Both the position numbers and the translations under genes were made by a program. A stretch of DNA of 64,000 bases from Octopus sinensis (lineage: Eukaryota). Below, in pieces: positions 38,031-51,511 of the stretch. The notes beneath the pieces are model-generated. The model made no database searches and was not told the DNA's origin. It saw only the letters and a program-made list of their open reading frames with translations. Each line of letters starts with the position of its first letter. The first letter of the stretch is position 1. The DNA lies in contig NC_043000.1 in assembly GCF_006345805.1 (NCBI RefSeq), positions 85,312,001 through 85,376,000 on the forward strand. Reading direction: 5' to 3'.

Positions 38031-38269
38031 TTCAAATTTTCCTTATTTGTTTATTTATTTATCTATTTATTCATTCATTTATTGAACTCTGTTTTGGGCA
38101 GACCAATTGAAAAATATGCATTATCCATTACTGTTTTAACAATTTGCTTCAGAACAATACAGGGAAATCTAATTATCACTGGTACATAAATGTATGCTCT
38201 CAGTTTGATAAGTGCCAACACATGAAACTCTTGGTTTTTCAATCACTCTATAACTTCTGCTGATTACTG

Positions 38270-38300
<31 letters not shown>

Positions 38301-39045
38301 ACACACATAAACACAATCCGTGGGCTTCTTTCAGTTTCTGTCTACCAAATCCAAGGCTTTGGTCAGCTCTGAACTATAGAAGAATACACTTGCTCCCAAG
38401 TGTCATACAGTGAGATTGAACCTGAAACCATGTGGTTGGAAACCAACCTTCTTAACCATACAACCAAGCCTGCATCTATATTATTCAGATTATTCAAATC
38501 AAACAGAAGTTATTATCCATATGCGCTTCTTTTTGGTTATTTGTCTGGACTAGAGTTATTGTGTTAGATTTTAAGAAATTATTTTAAAAAATGAGGGCTT
38601 ATATGAGGAAATAATATTGGATCTTAGCATATCGTCAGTCATGTCTAATTCATATTTTAATCATGACAAAGTTTATTGTTCCCTGATCAATAAAAAAGAA
38701 CCCACAAAACAGGATCTTTTCAACAAGTCAAACTTCTGATTTTATTGAAAACTTGTAAACAGACATAGTTTTCTATCCAATTACAAAAATTCACCCAACT
38801 ATGCCACCTATTTTTCTCTTTATTGAGAAACTAATAATAAAAAAGTTACAAACCTGTAAAGATTGATGTTCTTTTTGTAATTTTAGCCAGTGCAATCCAA
38901 CACAAAGCTAGGAGTTAGTGAAGCTTATGGTACTGCAGTATTTCTGTGCAGACATATTCTTTGTGTGTCATTTTTTTACATTTATTTATGCCAGTTAATG
39001 TAACTTCAGCAGAAGGACTATAGATAATTATCAATATTTTTTTCT

Positions 39046-39450
39046 GAGTGGCTGTGTGGTAAGTAGCTTGCTTACCAACCACATGGTTCCGGGTTCAGTC
39101 CCACTGCGTGGCACCTTGGGCAAGTGTCTTCTACTATAGCCTTGGGCCGACCAAAGCCTTGTGAGTGGATTTGGTAGAGGGAAACTGAAAGAAGCCCATC
39201 GTATATATGTATATATATGAGTGTGTGTGTGCGTGTGTGTTTGTGTGTCTGTGTTTGTCCCCCCAACATCACTTGACAACCGATGCTGGTGTGTTTACAT
39301 CCCCGTAACTTAGCGGTCCGGCAAAAGAGACCGATAGAATAAGTACTAGGCTTACAAAGAATAAGTCCTGGGGTCGATTTGCTCAACTAAAGACAGTGCT
39401 CCAGCATGGCCACAGTCAAATGACTGAAACAAGTAAAAGAGTAAAAGAGT
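39046..39450 (+). mobile_element. Full-length tRNA-derived SINE; near full-length copy at 61287-61638; fragments at ~5720-5885, 6970-7190, 26993-27300, 38320-38470, 50470-50570 and 62890-63160
   Basis: A/B-box-like head (GTGGCTGTGTGGTAAG...GGTTCAGTCCC), a CORE-like CCTTGGGCAAGT, an internal microsatellite and a GTAAAAGA tail; multiple colinear copies in the window. Confidence 0.88.
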
Positions 39451-42400
39451 ATAAGTGAGCATGAAATTCTGAGCATAAGTCAAGCACATGTCATGTTTCA
39501 ACAAGCAGGAACTTGGTCTAGTCTTTTGGGTGCCAGGTCAGATAATGCAAAATGCAGAGCTTTTGCAACATGCGGGTAGTCAACTGTCATAGAACACAGA
39601 TTATGATGATAGGGCAGTAAAAGTTGGTAAGGTGTCACAGTAAAATGTTTCATCTTGAAGTTGCAGTAACAGCCCTCAAGGAATGAGAATGAATACAATT
39701 GATGGGTAGCGGTGGGAGAGTTACATATGACTATTAATAAAGAGGTAAAGAAAGTTCAAGACAAAGCATGATTGATGAAGTACTAAATGATTGTGTTGTC
39801 AAATTGAACCAGGGGAGAATATTCAAGTGATTATTGAGTGACTTTTATCAAATGTTACAATTATAGTTTGCATCATATATTTGGGAATGGAGGGTAGATT
39901 AAAGAGTACTTTGTGCCACACTAGTTTTTGTTTAATCCTTATTTTGGCATATTTATGTGTATACATATGAATGTATGTGTATACATATGAATTTATGTAT
40001 ATACATATGAATGTATATTATATAATAAAAATTTGCATTCAAATATATAAGGTTTACTGTGAATGATATACAGATGCAATGAAAATGGATTGAAAGCCAC
40101 ATTATAAAGAAACAAGTGACATAGAAAGTAGAAATATTTAGGGTATTCCTTATTCTTGGCATAATTTTCAGTTAACAAGTTAGCTTTAACAAATGTTTCA
40201 AATATCCCCTTTGTCCAACTTTTGTAATATTCACCTATGCTATACACAGAAGAAAAACTGTATTCCAATTTTCAAAAACATCCATTTTCTGCCTGTTTTT
40301 AAAAGAAAGGAAATATCTAAATGTTTCATACATCGTTTTGCACTTGTGTTAAGGTACAAAATAATAGTTTCAGATTTTGGCTCAAGGCCAGTAATTTGAA
40401 GTGGTAGGAGTTAGTCAATTACATTATACCCAGTGCTCAACTGGTACTTATTTTATTGGTCTGGAAAAGATGATAAGCAAAGTCAACTTTGGCAAAATTC
40501 AAACTCAGAACATAAAGAGCCAGAAGAAATTCTACTAAGCATTCTGTCTCACATTTTGATAATTCTGTGAGTTTGCCACCTTAATACCATCAGCTTTCTA
40601 CCTTTAATGAAATTGTTTTCTGTGATAGATTTAATTCAACATTTAATGGTGCACATTTCAGTATTTAAATTTCTTGTGTCTTTGTGTGTGAGACGGGGGT
40701 CACTTTATGCATCCATTTACTGTAATGTAGTATTTTCTATAAGTTCATTTTTGTCAGGTCCCATGAGTGCCAGATTAACGAGTTTCTACTGTATATGAAT
40801 GTGATTTTTTTCTAAAATAATGTCCTGAAAATGGAAAATCAATTGAACTTTTCAAGTCAATAACTTGGCAAAATCGTTTTTAATGAATCATTTTCATGAA
40901 AGTGTCAATATGTTTTCACCATCTCTTATAAATAAGCTAGTTGCCCTGCTAAATATTAGATTGTCAAATGGAAATTGTTACTCATACAATTGATATAGAT
41001 TGATATTCTAGCATCATAAACATTGGTACCCACAGGCTTATCAGCTATGAATTGGATCCAACTTGAATTTTGTTGTGGGCAAGATAAGGGCCACATATTT
41101 TTAAAAACTTGTTTAGACCCTCTGACACATGAGTTTCATTCCAACCCATAGTTAAGTATTGTAAAACAATTCTTCTCTACCCTTTTATAGCTTGTATCCT
41201 CTTCTACTAAACGATATTTTATAAATGTCCTCTGCCCTTGTTTTGCCAAAAAGAAAAAAATACAAGATTATTTTAATTAAAGAGAAATTGATTTGCAGTG
41301 TTTTTTTTTTTCTACTTTTCCATCCAGCATGAAAGCACGTTGCTTAGTGGTTAGGGTGTCAGCATCATGATCAGAAGATTGTAGTTTTGATTCCTGGACC
41401 GGGTGACGCATTGTTTTCTTGAGCAAAACACTTCATTTCACATTGCTCCAGTCCACTCAGCTGGCAAAAATGAATAACACCATTGAAACCGGGAAACTGG
41501 GCCCATGAGCCTGGCTAGGCTTTAAATGGGCACATTTATTATTTTATTCCATCCAGCATGTGTCTCTTCTTTTAGATATTTGCATGGATAATTGCCTCCA
41601 TGTTAAATTTTTATGGAAATTATTAAAGGTGAGGATTTATATAATGAAATCATAATGAATCTTGCATACTATCAGTCATGTTTCAACTCACTTATAATAC
41701 AATGTCCATCTCATTTTAATCCCAACAAAGATTATTTTGAAAATGTGTTTAGAATATAAATATATGACTTGATCTATTCCTAATTTTATTCCTAAAATGT
41801 TCATGACCCCTCTAAACAATCAGCGGCATAATTACAGATGTGTAAGACCCCATATTTGTTGCCTCAAAACTTCCATAAAAATAGATACTTTTTAACAAAA
41901 TTTTCAACAAATACCACTTAGATGCTGTGAATCCAAAGTATAGAGGGATTTATGGGAAAGAATTTTCCGAGAGGGTAGAGAGAGGTGTTTCAGAAAATTC
42001 ACACAAACTGACTTTTTTCCCTCGTAACTTTCAGGAAAATGGATATCTTTTAATGAAATTTTAAACAAAAACCTTTCAAACAACATAGATTACGATTATA
42101 AAAAAATTTGTGGAGAAATGTTTCCTGAAGGGGTGGGAAGAGGAGTTTCGAAAAAACAGAGTTTTGGATCAGGAAGACCAAATAAGTTGGAACTACTCCG
42201 TTTTGAGAGGATTTTTCTCATGTTTTTAAACCACAGCCTTCGAAATGATGAGGGAGAACATCTTTTTATGAAAAAAGTTTAGAAAATTTTTCTACAACTC
42301 CCCCCAACCTCATCATCCCACTCTGGACCGATTGTGATCAATTTTTTTTTTGCACTTCAAAACCGAGGGAGAAGACTTTTCAGTAATAAAAAAATACAAA

Positions 42401-42684
42401 AAATTTTTAACATTTTCAGAGGAAAAAGTGAATGATTTAAGGGAGCTTTGGCTGTTGTTTCTGGCATATCCTAAGACAACCTTCCTCATTTCTGTCTCAC
42501 TCTTGAATATATTGATGTTTTTCAATATTTTCTCCCCATAAATATGCTAGAAAAAAAAAATTCGAAAATTTTTTCTTTTTCAACCTGTCCATGATTGTTT
42601 TTGATTATGATTTAAAATATTGGAGAGCCTTGAAAAGGTCATTGCTGGCATTTATCCAGTGAATTTACAAAACAAAAAGAGTTA

Positions 42685-43495
42685 TGGGATCTTTATGGTT
42701 TTCATCACTGTTTACAATTTTGTTCCAATTGCTTTCAAATTTGGTATATGGATTAAGTTTTGTACACTAATTATGAAAATAAAATTCATTTACTCTATAA
42801 ATCTATAATTAAAAAGTTATTAGCCTTTAAAATTTGCAAAATTTGGATATTTTAGCCAATCAGAAGAGAATATTTTACACATCATCATGGCGAAGAAGTG
42901 TTTCCATAGTAACCAAAGATGCTGTGCATGTGCACAAGGAGGAGGAGATAAGAGAAAGCTAATTTATTTTATAAAATCCTAGAGTGCAAACTTTCATTCT
43001 TGAATTTTTTAAAACTAATAAATGTCTGTTTTAAACAATGTGTTGACTGTTATTTCTAGCAACTCCTGTTGGTTTGTTTGTAGCTTTTAGATATTTGATT
43101 TGCTCATGAATGTTTTCATGCTAACTTTGTGTATAGTTTAATATTTTGACTGTTATTTCTAGCAACTTCTTCTGGTTTGATCCAAACTTTTAAATATTTA
43201 ATATACTCGCAAATGCTGTCATGCTTTTCACTGCTTACTGTAGTTAGTTTAATGTTTTGACATGCTGATGTCCCCACCCCTTTGATGATAGAAGTGGCAG
43301 CTAACGTGCTGTTTTCTGATTGGCTGGAAATTCTGAAAATTATCAAAGTTTGAACACCTGTAACATTTTTGGAAAATTTTTCTGGAATAAATTAATAATA
43401 AATTCAAATTCAGCATCAAAAATTACATTTATATGATACATTAAAAAAATTTGTTAAAGATAATCGTAAACAGTGATGAAAACCACAAAGGTCTG
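42685..43495. mobile_element. ~810-bp MITE-like element nested in the foldback
   Basis: CTTTATGGTTTTCATCACTGTTTAC pairs with GTAAACAGTGATGAAAACCACAAAG; inner pair AGCCAATCAGAA / TTCTGATTGGCT. Confidence 0.7.
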
Positions 43496-43719
43496 AGGTA
43501 TATAAATGATAATTCATTTTAAGGGCATAATTTTCTGTTAGAAAATATTTTTTCTTATACACACACACACATACACAGGGCTTCCCTTGATTGAGGTGGG
43601 AATAAAAATTTAAGTTACAATTTTTTTTTGTTGTTGCTTATATTCTACTAATGGACCATGCGTATGTTACTTTGGCATCATCATTCCATAAAATGTGTTT
43701 AATGGGAGGAAAATATTCT

Positions 43720-44302
43720 TTTCTGCACTAGGCACAAGGCCTGAAATTTGGGGTGGGGGCGGGGGTGCCAGTTGATTAGATCAACCCCAGTACGCAACTG
43801 GTACTTAATTTATCGACCTCCTGAAAGGATGAAAGGCAGAGTCGACCTCAGCAGAATTTGAACACAGAATGTAAAGATAGACGAAGTACCTATTTCTTTA
43901 CTACCCACAATGGGCTAAACACAAAGAGGACAAACAAGGACAGACAAACGGATTAAGTCGATTACATCGACCCAAGTGCGTAACTGGTACTTATTTAATC
44001 GACCCCGAAAGAATGAAAGGCAAAGTCGACCTCGGTGGAATTTGAACTCAGAATGTAGCGGCAGACGAAATACCTATTTCTTTACTACTCACAAGGGGCT
44101 AAACACAGAGAGGACAAACAAGGACAGACAAACGGATTAAGTTGATTACATCGACCCCAGTGCGTAACTGGTACTTATTTAATCGACCCCGAAAGAATGA
44201 AAGGCAAAGTCGACCTCGGCGGAATTTGAACTCAGAACGTAGCGGCAGACGACGCTAGGCATTTCGCCCGGCGTGCTAGCGTTTCTGCCAGCTCGCCGCC
44301 TT
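43720..44302 (-). mobile_element. Second tRNA-derived SINE family with the body triplicated (~185-bp unit); single copies at ~28510-28720, 40380-40585 and 60160-60375
   Basis: ATTA(G/C)ATC anchor at 43775, 43961 and 44145. The head AAGGCGGCGAGCTGGCAGAA...GAGTTCAAATTCC occurs once, at the right end. Confidence 0.85.
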
Positions 44303-46755
44303 AATGGGAAAAAAATATTGAAAAAACATCAATACATGTGAGAGTGAAAACAGAGGGTAGTTTGGGATGTGTTAGAAACAACAGCCAAATCTCCCTTGAA
44401 TCTAAATACACCTTTCCTTCTGAAAATATTTACAATTTCTTTTTTTTCTCTCTCGAAGGCTCCTCCCATGGTTTTTAAGTTAAAAACAATTAGCCAAAAT
44501 CGGTCCGGAGTGGGATGGGGGGATTAAAAAAATTTCAAAACTTATTTTCATAAAAAGACGCCCCCACCCCCACCATCATTTCGAAGATTGTTGTGAAATG
44601 AAAAAAATGAGCAAATCCCCGTCGAAGTGGAGTATTTGGTCTTCCTGATCCGAAACTCCTCTCCCCACCCCCTCAGAAAAAATCCTCAACAAATTTCTTT
44701 ATAATCGTGATCTATACCATTTGAAAGGTATTTGTATAAAATTTCATTAAAAGATATACATTTTCCTGAAAGTTATGAGGAGAAAAAATCAGATCATGTG
44801 AATTTTCCTAAACTCCTCTCCCTACCCTCTCGGGAAAATTCTTTCCCATAAATCCCTTTATAGTTTGAATCCACAGCATCTAAGCGGTATTTGTTGAAAA
44901 TTTCGTGAAAAAGTATCCATTTTTCTGGAAGCTATGAGGCAACAAATTTATAACGCCCCAAGGGGAAGTGCCGTCTAAGCTAGAGACCTGGGCGGTAGTT
45001 TTAAATTATAAAGATGATAACAATTATTGTACAATAGACAGTTTTAAAACTAGGACTAGTAATGATATTTTACATCTTGTCCTGCGACATTCATTTGAAA
45101 TTTGGGTTTCTATAGAAGTTCAAGACTACAAATAAAGGAAGAGAACTTTTAAACTGTGTAAATTGTGACATTCACAACTTTCTCAAGGGAATTCGTAACC
45201 GCAATGAAGTAGAATGACTGTTCTTGAAAGCTACTGTCTGTTGTAACATATGAGAAAAACGTTTATGGCTTGAAGAGCTTCTATTATACGATCATACCAG
45301 CTGCTAGAAACAGCTACCAAAATCTCTCTCAAATCACCCCACCCCCACCCCTCAAGGGAAGGATATATTAAATAATGGGAAATCTTTCGGTATTAGTACT
45401 ACTAATACCGAAAGACTGCCAAATAATATTTGTTCTAGATATAGTATACCTGGATATATTAACCTACCCGGAAAAGACGAAATGATCATGCCTGGAAAAC
45501 CTTTTAACATAGATCTGCATGGTCCGAGTGGACTTAAGGATAACCCCCCCCCCCCCGTTCATAAAATCTAATTTTCAGAATGTGTTGTTATTAAGAGCGC
45601 CCAGGTATTTGTCGATAATTTTGTGGGAATATATATGTAAACGTAGATTATATACGAGGAAAGGCTATAATATTGATGGTGTTAACTAATTATTTAATAA
45701 AACAACAAATGGAGACCTTCTAACAATGCGAAAAGGACTTTTTCCGTTTCGCATTGCTAAGTCTCCTTAGTTGTTAGTTATATTACTTCTGTATCAAAAT
45801 GTTTCAAGCAAACTACAGTGTTCTTCTCCAATTATTTAATACAAATTATTAACAACAATATATATTTTAATAAATGTTCGTACGACTTTCGACAAAATAC
45901 TTTTCATTTGCGAAATCGTAGCTTAACATTATTAAATTGTAACTTGGAGTACACAACAAATTCAATAGAGTAAAATATGCAAGTATTCACACAAATGCGT
46001 GAAATAACCACATTGACACCTATGCATTTACATTCTTCAATTTCTTTTTTGTTTCACTTAAATACCCATTCTAAATATATACATTTGAGTTAAGAGAAAT
46101 GTTACGTTTAGATACTACATCGGCGGTATGTCAGAGCGAAGGCAGTAGCTAGCTTTAATCTAACATCAATTAAATACGTTCTTTCAGCGTGACTCAACTA
46201 ATTTTTCCTTGTCATTCATTCTTTGAAGATAGAATCTAAATCAACGTGTTGCTTGAGATATATTTACTTCTTGAGAGTGACGACCGATGTAGAGACAGCG
46301 ATGAGCTTCCCAGTTAGTGAAGTCCATGACACAGTTTCAGTTTTTAATTATTTTACTCGCCTAATGCCTTCCAGAAAACCATAAACATCACACAATCTAT
46401 TTTCTCGTCTGAAAAGTGGCAGTCATTAAAGCCTTAAAATTTATGGTATTTGTTCCGACTCAGTATGCACTGAGTTCAAATCAAGTTGAACTTTACTTTG
46501 TTGTTCATTCTTTTAGAGTTAATAGCATAAAGGAGTAATCCGGTATAACGGCGAGGTTGCTAGACCGTCACACGACAGGATTCTTTACTATTTGAGTCTT
46601 TGGGAGAATTAATCGGCTTGCTCGGTACATCTTTGCCAAGCACTGTGGGTGTTTTTAACAGACTTTCTATGACAAACATTCGTGTCAGCTCTCTGGGAAA
46701 AAGTTAATTTCTCCGGAACAAAAGTCTTTCTTTCATATATATACATATATTTTTT

Positions 46756-47645
46756 ATATATAAAGCTGAAGTTGTCTACTTGTGAGCAGGGTCTGGAAGA
46801 GTAGAGACATCAGACTCGCTACCAAATGCAGATTGGTGAATGCAATTGTCTTCCCAATAGCAACATATGGATGCGAGACCTGGACACTAAAGAAAGCTGA
46901 CCAGAAGAGAATTCATGCATTCGAGCTTTGGTGTTGGAGAAGACTTTTACGGATTCCATGGACAGCGAGGCTCACCAATGAAGAAGTTCTTAAGCAGATC
47001 AGGCCGAAAATGTCGCTAGAAGGTAGGATCACCAAGAATAGATTGGCATATTTCGGTCATATTATGCGGAGAAAATCCCAGGAGAAGGACATCATGTTCG
47101 GAATGGTCAGTGGCAAGAGAGGAAGAGGCCGACCAAGAACCCGCTGGCTTGACACCATCAAGAGTGATACAGGAATGGGCATAGCCAATCTGAAAGAAGC
47201 GGCCCAGGATAGAACTGACTGGAGGACACTGATCCAACGAGTAACCGAGAGTCGACTTCGACTGAGCGGATAGATAGATAGTTTGTGTGTGGTAGGTTTC
47301 GTAGCCTTCAACTAACACTATCTCCTCCGAGACCCTGCGGCGCAAGTTGACCAAAATTGAGAGTATGATAGAAGAAGGCTTGCTCTTCATTCCGTAGAAG
47401 AAAAAATTCAAATCGGACCATATTAAGACCAAAAATTATTTACATGAAAAAGGTGCTTTTTTTTCTATGAAAATCCCTATTTTTTACGATTTTTTGACTG
47501 CTGTGTGGCCATTTTTTGGTGTATTTCAACCAGAAAAATGTTTACTTAAAGAATATAACAAGCTACATAATGCAAAATTTTTACTTTTCAAAAATTCCAA
47601 TTCTAAAGGGTCGAAAAGAAAACAATCCCGAGCAACGCCGGGCAC
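46756..47645 (+). mobile_element. Non-autonomous Helitron-like element split by the RTE insertion
   Basis: Flanks of the RTE match 49205-49545. The subterminal hairpin CCCGAGCAACGCCGGG is present but the terminal CTAG is lost. Confidence 0.75.
46778..47280 (+). mobile_element. 5'-truncated RTE/BovB-like LINE 3' end with a (GATA)n tail
   Basis: Stop-free 163-codon frame: ATKCRLVNAIVFPIATYGCETWTLKKAD..RIHAFELWCWRRLLRIPWT...YFGHIMRR...GKRGRGRPRTRWLD...W. Ends in GATAGATAGATA. Confidence 0.92.
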
Positions 47646-49201
47646 TTACATGCATGCGTGCGCATACTCACACACACACTCATACATACGCACACGAGAC
47701 CTTATTCCAGTGGAACACACCTTTAACAGTTATTTGGTTAATAATGGCTCCTCAGGCTGGAATCTAGGAAATTGCACCATTTCTACGTTTTATAAATATA
47801 TCACTACAAGTAAAAGTCGTTCTATATGATGATTAAAACCAACGTGGAGGCAGTTAGTTCACAAGAAAATTACCTCTATTCTGTCACATATCTTGTTAAT
47901 AACTGGGGATGGGGGAGACATGAGTCTAAAACTTCAGATGTGTTTATGTCGTACATGCCTTTCCCGAGGCAATAGTTTCGATAGTGAAAATGAATAAGGA
48001 ATTTGTTCTGTTTCTCTAGTTTTCCCTATTCAACACATAGATGAATCCCAGATTGGGCCTGAACAAGCTTTCCAGTCGTGACCACGCCGTCTTGCTTTCG
48101 GGAATAGCGCATCAAGAACTACAATATTTAACGTACCCTCCCCTTTTCCTTTACAATTGTAGTGTGTGATTTGATTGCTATTACTAGCAAGTCGAGCAAC
48201 GTTGGCTCGTTTCATATTGAACAATGTATAAGGAATAGGGAAATCGGTGAAATCTATCCCCAAACATATCAAGAATTTATTGTACTGAGAAGGAAAGATA
48301 AAAGTGGGTGTCGACTCCCGTAGAATTAGAAATGGCATCATTGACATCTATCTATCTATCTATCCATCCATCTATGGTTTAAACCTTAAAACTTTAAAAC
48401 TTCCTAACTCTGAAGCCTTCAAAACTTTTCGAGATTCTTTGAGACTTCTCTGAGAAATTTTTGATATTTTATGCATTGTTCCAGAAACTCTTTTTTTTTT
48501 TTTCGAGGGTTTTTTTTTTAAATTTGGGTAGTCTATTAAAATCCTTTCACACTTTTTCCACTTTTATATTTTCTCAATTTTTTCAAACTTTCCCTTTTTT
48601 TTTCATTTTCCACTTCATTTTTTTTTTTTACCTTCTCTTGTCTTGTTCATAAGTACTTTTAACTTCTCTTAATTTAACTTCCCTTGATTTATTCAGATAT
48701 AATATTTCACCCTCTTTTATCTTTCTAACCTCTCCTACTAACAGCGTTAACCTGGTGTCTTTCTATACTATATGACATCATCGAGTTAAACACCAAACAT
48801 ATATTATATTTGAAGAACCCTGACTTTAAGACATCGCTTGAATTAACAGAAACATTTTTATCCATATATAAGCAAAACATTCATATAAGAGCAGTGTAGT
48901 TCGCTTGAAGCATTGTAATATCAAAGAAGGTTTTTAAAAAAAGATAGAAAATAGAGAGCTTCTGACTATGCGGCAAGTTTTATAAAACCTTTATATTTCA
49001 GGCACAAAGGCCCATCTTCAGAAGAAAAACAATTTGGAAAATGTCCAGTTATGCAGGTTCCGTTAACCCATTCAAATTCCACGAGGATTTCCTAGACTGT
49101 TTTTCTTCTGAAGAAGGGCCTTTGCGCCTGAAATATAAAGATTTTACAAAACTTCTCCGCATCGCCAGAAGTTTTCTAAAACACTCATCTCTCAATATAA
49201 A

Positions 49202-49556
49202 TCTCTCGTATAAAGCTGAAGTTGTCTGTGTATGGCAGGTTAACACTATCTCCTCCGAGACCCTGCGGCGCAAGTTGACCAAAATTGAAAATATGATAGA
49301 AGGCTTGCTCTTCATTCCGTAGAAGAAAAAATTCAAATCGGACCATGTTAACACCAAAAATTATTTACATTTCTATGAAAATCCCTATTTTTTACGATTT
49401 TTTGACTGCTGTGTCGCCATTTTTCGGTGTATTTCAACCAGAAAAATGTTCACTTAAAGAGAATAACAAGCTACATAATGCAAAATTTTTACTTTTCAAA
49501 AATTCCAATTCTAAAGGGTCGAAACAAACCCGAGCAATGCCGGGCGATACTGCTAG
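49202..49556 (+). mobile_element. Intact-ended non-autonomous Helitron-like element
   Basis: 5' A|TC, 3' hairpin CCCGAGCAATGCCGGG followed by CTAG|T, no TSD. Confidence 0.75.
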
Positions 49557-51461
49557 TATGTATAAAGTTTTAAAATGCATGCTACGTTAGTGTATAATTT
49601 AACTCGTATATATAGATATGCATGTATGTGTTTGATACCTGCTCCTAGTAGTTTAAGCACGAGAGAGAGAAAAGTGAGTATGTATGAAAGAAAAAGTTAA
49701 GTGAATGCAAATGTATATAGTGAAACATTTGTCTTAAAATCATAATGCTGTTGGGTATGGGCTCCTGTTACATCTCAAACGAATCTCTAGAAGAGAAGGG
49801 TTAGAACCCAGGGTATTTATAAGAATTATATCTTATAAGAAATATATCTGTGTTCGTGGTCACACTATAGGGAAAGACTCATGCAATAAACGGAGTAATG
49901 AGTAGCAGTCAGAGACGTTAAATATAGATGAGGGGAAAGTGAAAGAATTATAACCACAGTATTATAATGAGAAGTTTTGCAATAGCTGGAGTAGCAGATA
50001 TTCTAATAAGTATGAAATTAAATTTTTGACCGAAATTTTACGAGAAATACATCTTCGTATAATTTCATTGTCAGTATTGAAAAAGAAAATAATCAAAAAT
50101 AATTGAAAACAAAAGATGCTACATGTTAATTTTCCTGCCGCCACTAAAATCTGTGCACGTATAGGAATAGGCTGAACTGTAGAGAGAATGTATTATGGTC
50201 AGAATATCTCACTGTGCATTATAGGTCTCAGGCTACGCAGAAACATTGCATAACTGAGAAGTTGGATACGTAAGATATATCCGGATGCTCTACTTGCATG
50301 TCATAGAACGGTAACTATACAGTCAAAGCTGACACGGGACTACATAACAAAGAGAGACCGTTGTGGAATGGATAAAGACAAAGAGAGAACCTATGTAAGA
50401 GGCATAAAAGTTTGTTGTAGAAGAGAGTTAGCAGTTCGGCAAAAGTGACTGAGAGAATATGTATCAGACTATAAAAAAAAAGGTACTGGAGTCGATTCGT
50501 TTGGTTAAAACTCTACCAGGTGGTGTCCCAGCGTGGCCACAATTCAGTAACTGAAACAAGTAAAAAATAAAGAATATATTGGAAGGGACATTTCATCTAG
50601 ACATGTGACTTGCGAATACACTTCATTTGAAAAAGGCTCATTCATCTTGCTCCAATATATATCGTATTTTTAACAGTATATCTAGGAATATTACTTTCTC
50701 AATGGTTTGTCTTTCTTAGGCAGAAGATGCTTAGAATGTATTTGTGTGATATAATTCACAATTCATCGAATGCGAAGCAAATATTTTATTCACTTGACCC
50801 TAATGGCACCTGAACAACATATACGTTGCTCGTACTTCTACAAAATTTGGAACGTAATTTCTGATAATGTAATGACATTATGGGATATTTCACAACAAAA
50901 GAATAAAAACGTCCTACATGAGGACAATAATCATTGCATTTCATTTTATTCTCGAATATTTAGTCATATCCCTTAAATAAACAACATATGTTAATTATAA
51001 ATAATGTTCTCAATGAAATACAAACTGGAAAAACAGGGTATATAAAAATGAATTCTTTGGCAAAATGACAGTGTTTAATAATATGTTAATGGTTTTGTCA
51101 AATAAATATGGCCAGACAACTTACTTATGAATAATTAGGAATATGTTTTTTTTATCGTTTTCTCTTCTTGTTTGCTTGTTTGTTTAGAAATCTATGCCAG
51201 TTTATGGCTGCGTGGGAAACATATATATATTTATTACAGAGCAGCCTGTATTTTTTAACAAAAATAGTTCCCATAAAATCCTTTTTATTATTATTATTAT
51301 TACTATTTTCCAATTGATATCTCTCTACAAACATATCTTTAGTCATGCATAACACATCTGTTCAATAGCGTGGTGCTAAAAATAAGAATGATTGAATGTA
51401 CTGGTGAGCGTTGTCAATCCGTATGCCTGTGGTTGCAGAGTGTTATAAGCTCCCCAATTTA

Positions 51462-51511
<50 letters not shown>

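Larger units (their letters stand above)
41854..44947. mobile_element. Foldback-like element: ~650-690-bp inverted arms (41854-42541 / 44301-44947) around a nested core
   Basis: Arms align by eye as reverse complements along their length, e.g. ATTTGTTGCCTC...GATGCTGTG...GGGATTTATGGGAAAGAATTTT. No TSD found. Confidence 0.8.

Noticed and set aside
39046-39120. tRNA gene candidates at SINE heads (also ~41335, 44230-44302, 61287)
   Set aside because: A/B-box-like motifs only; no cloverleaf, and each continues into a SINE body.
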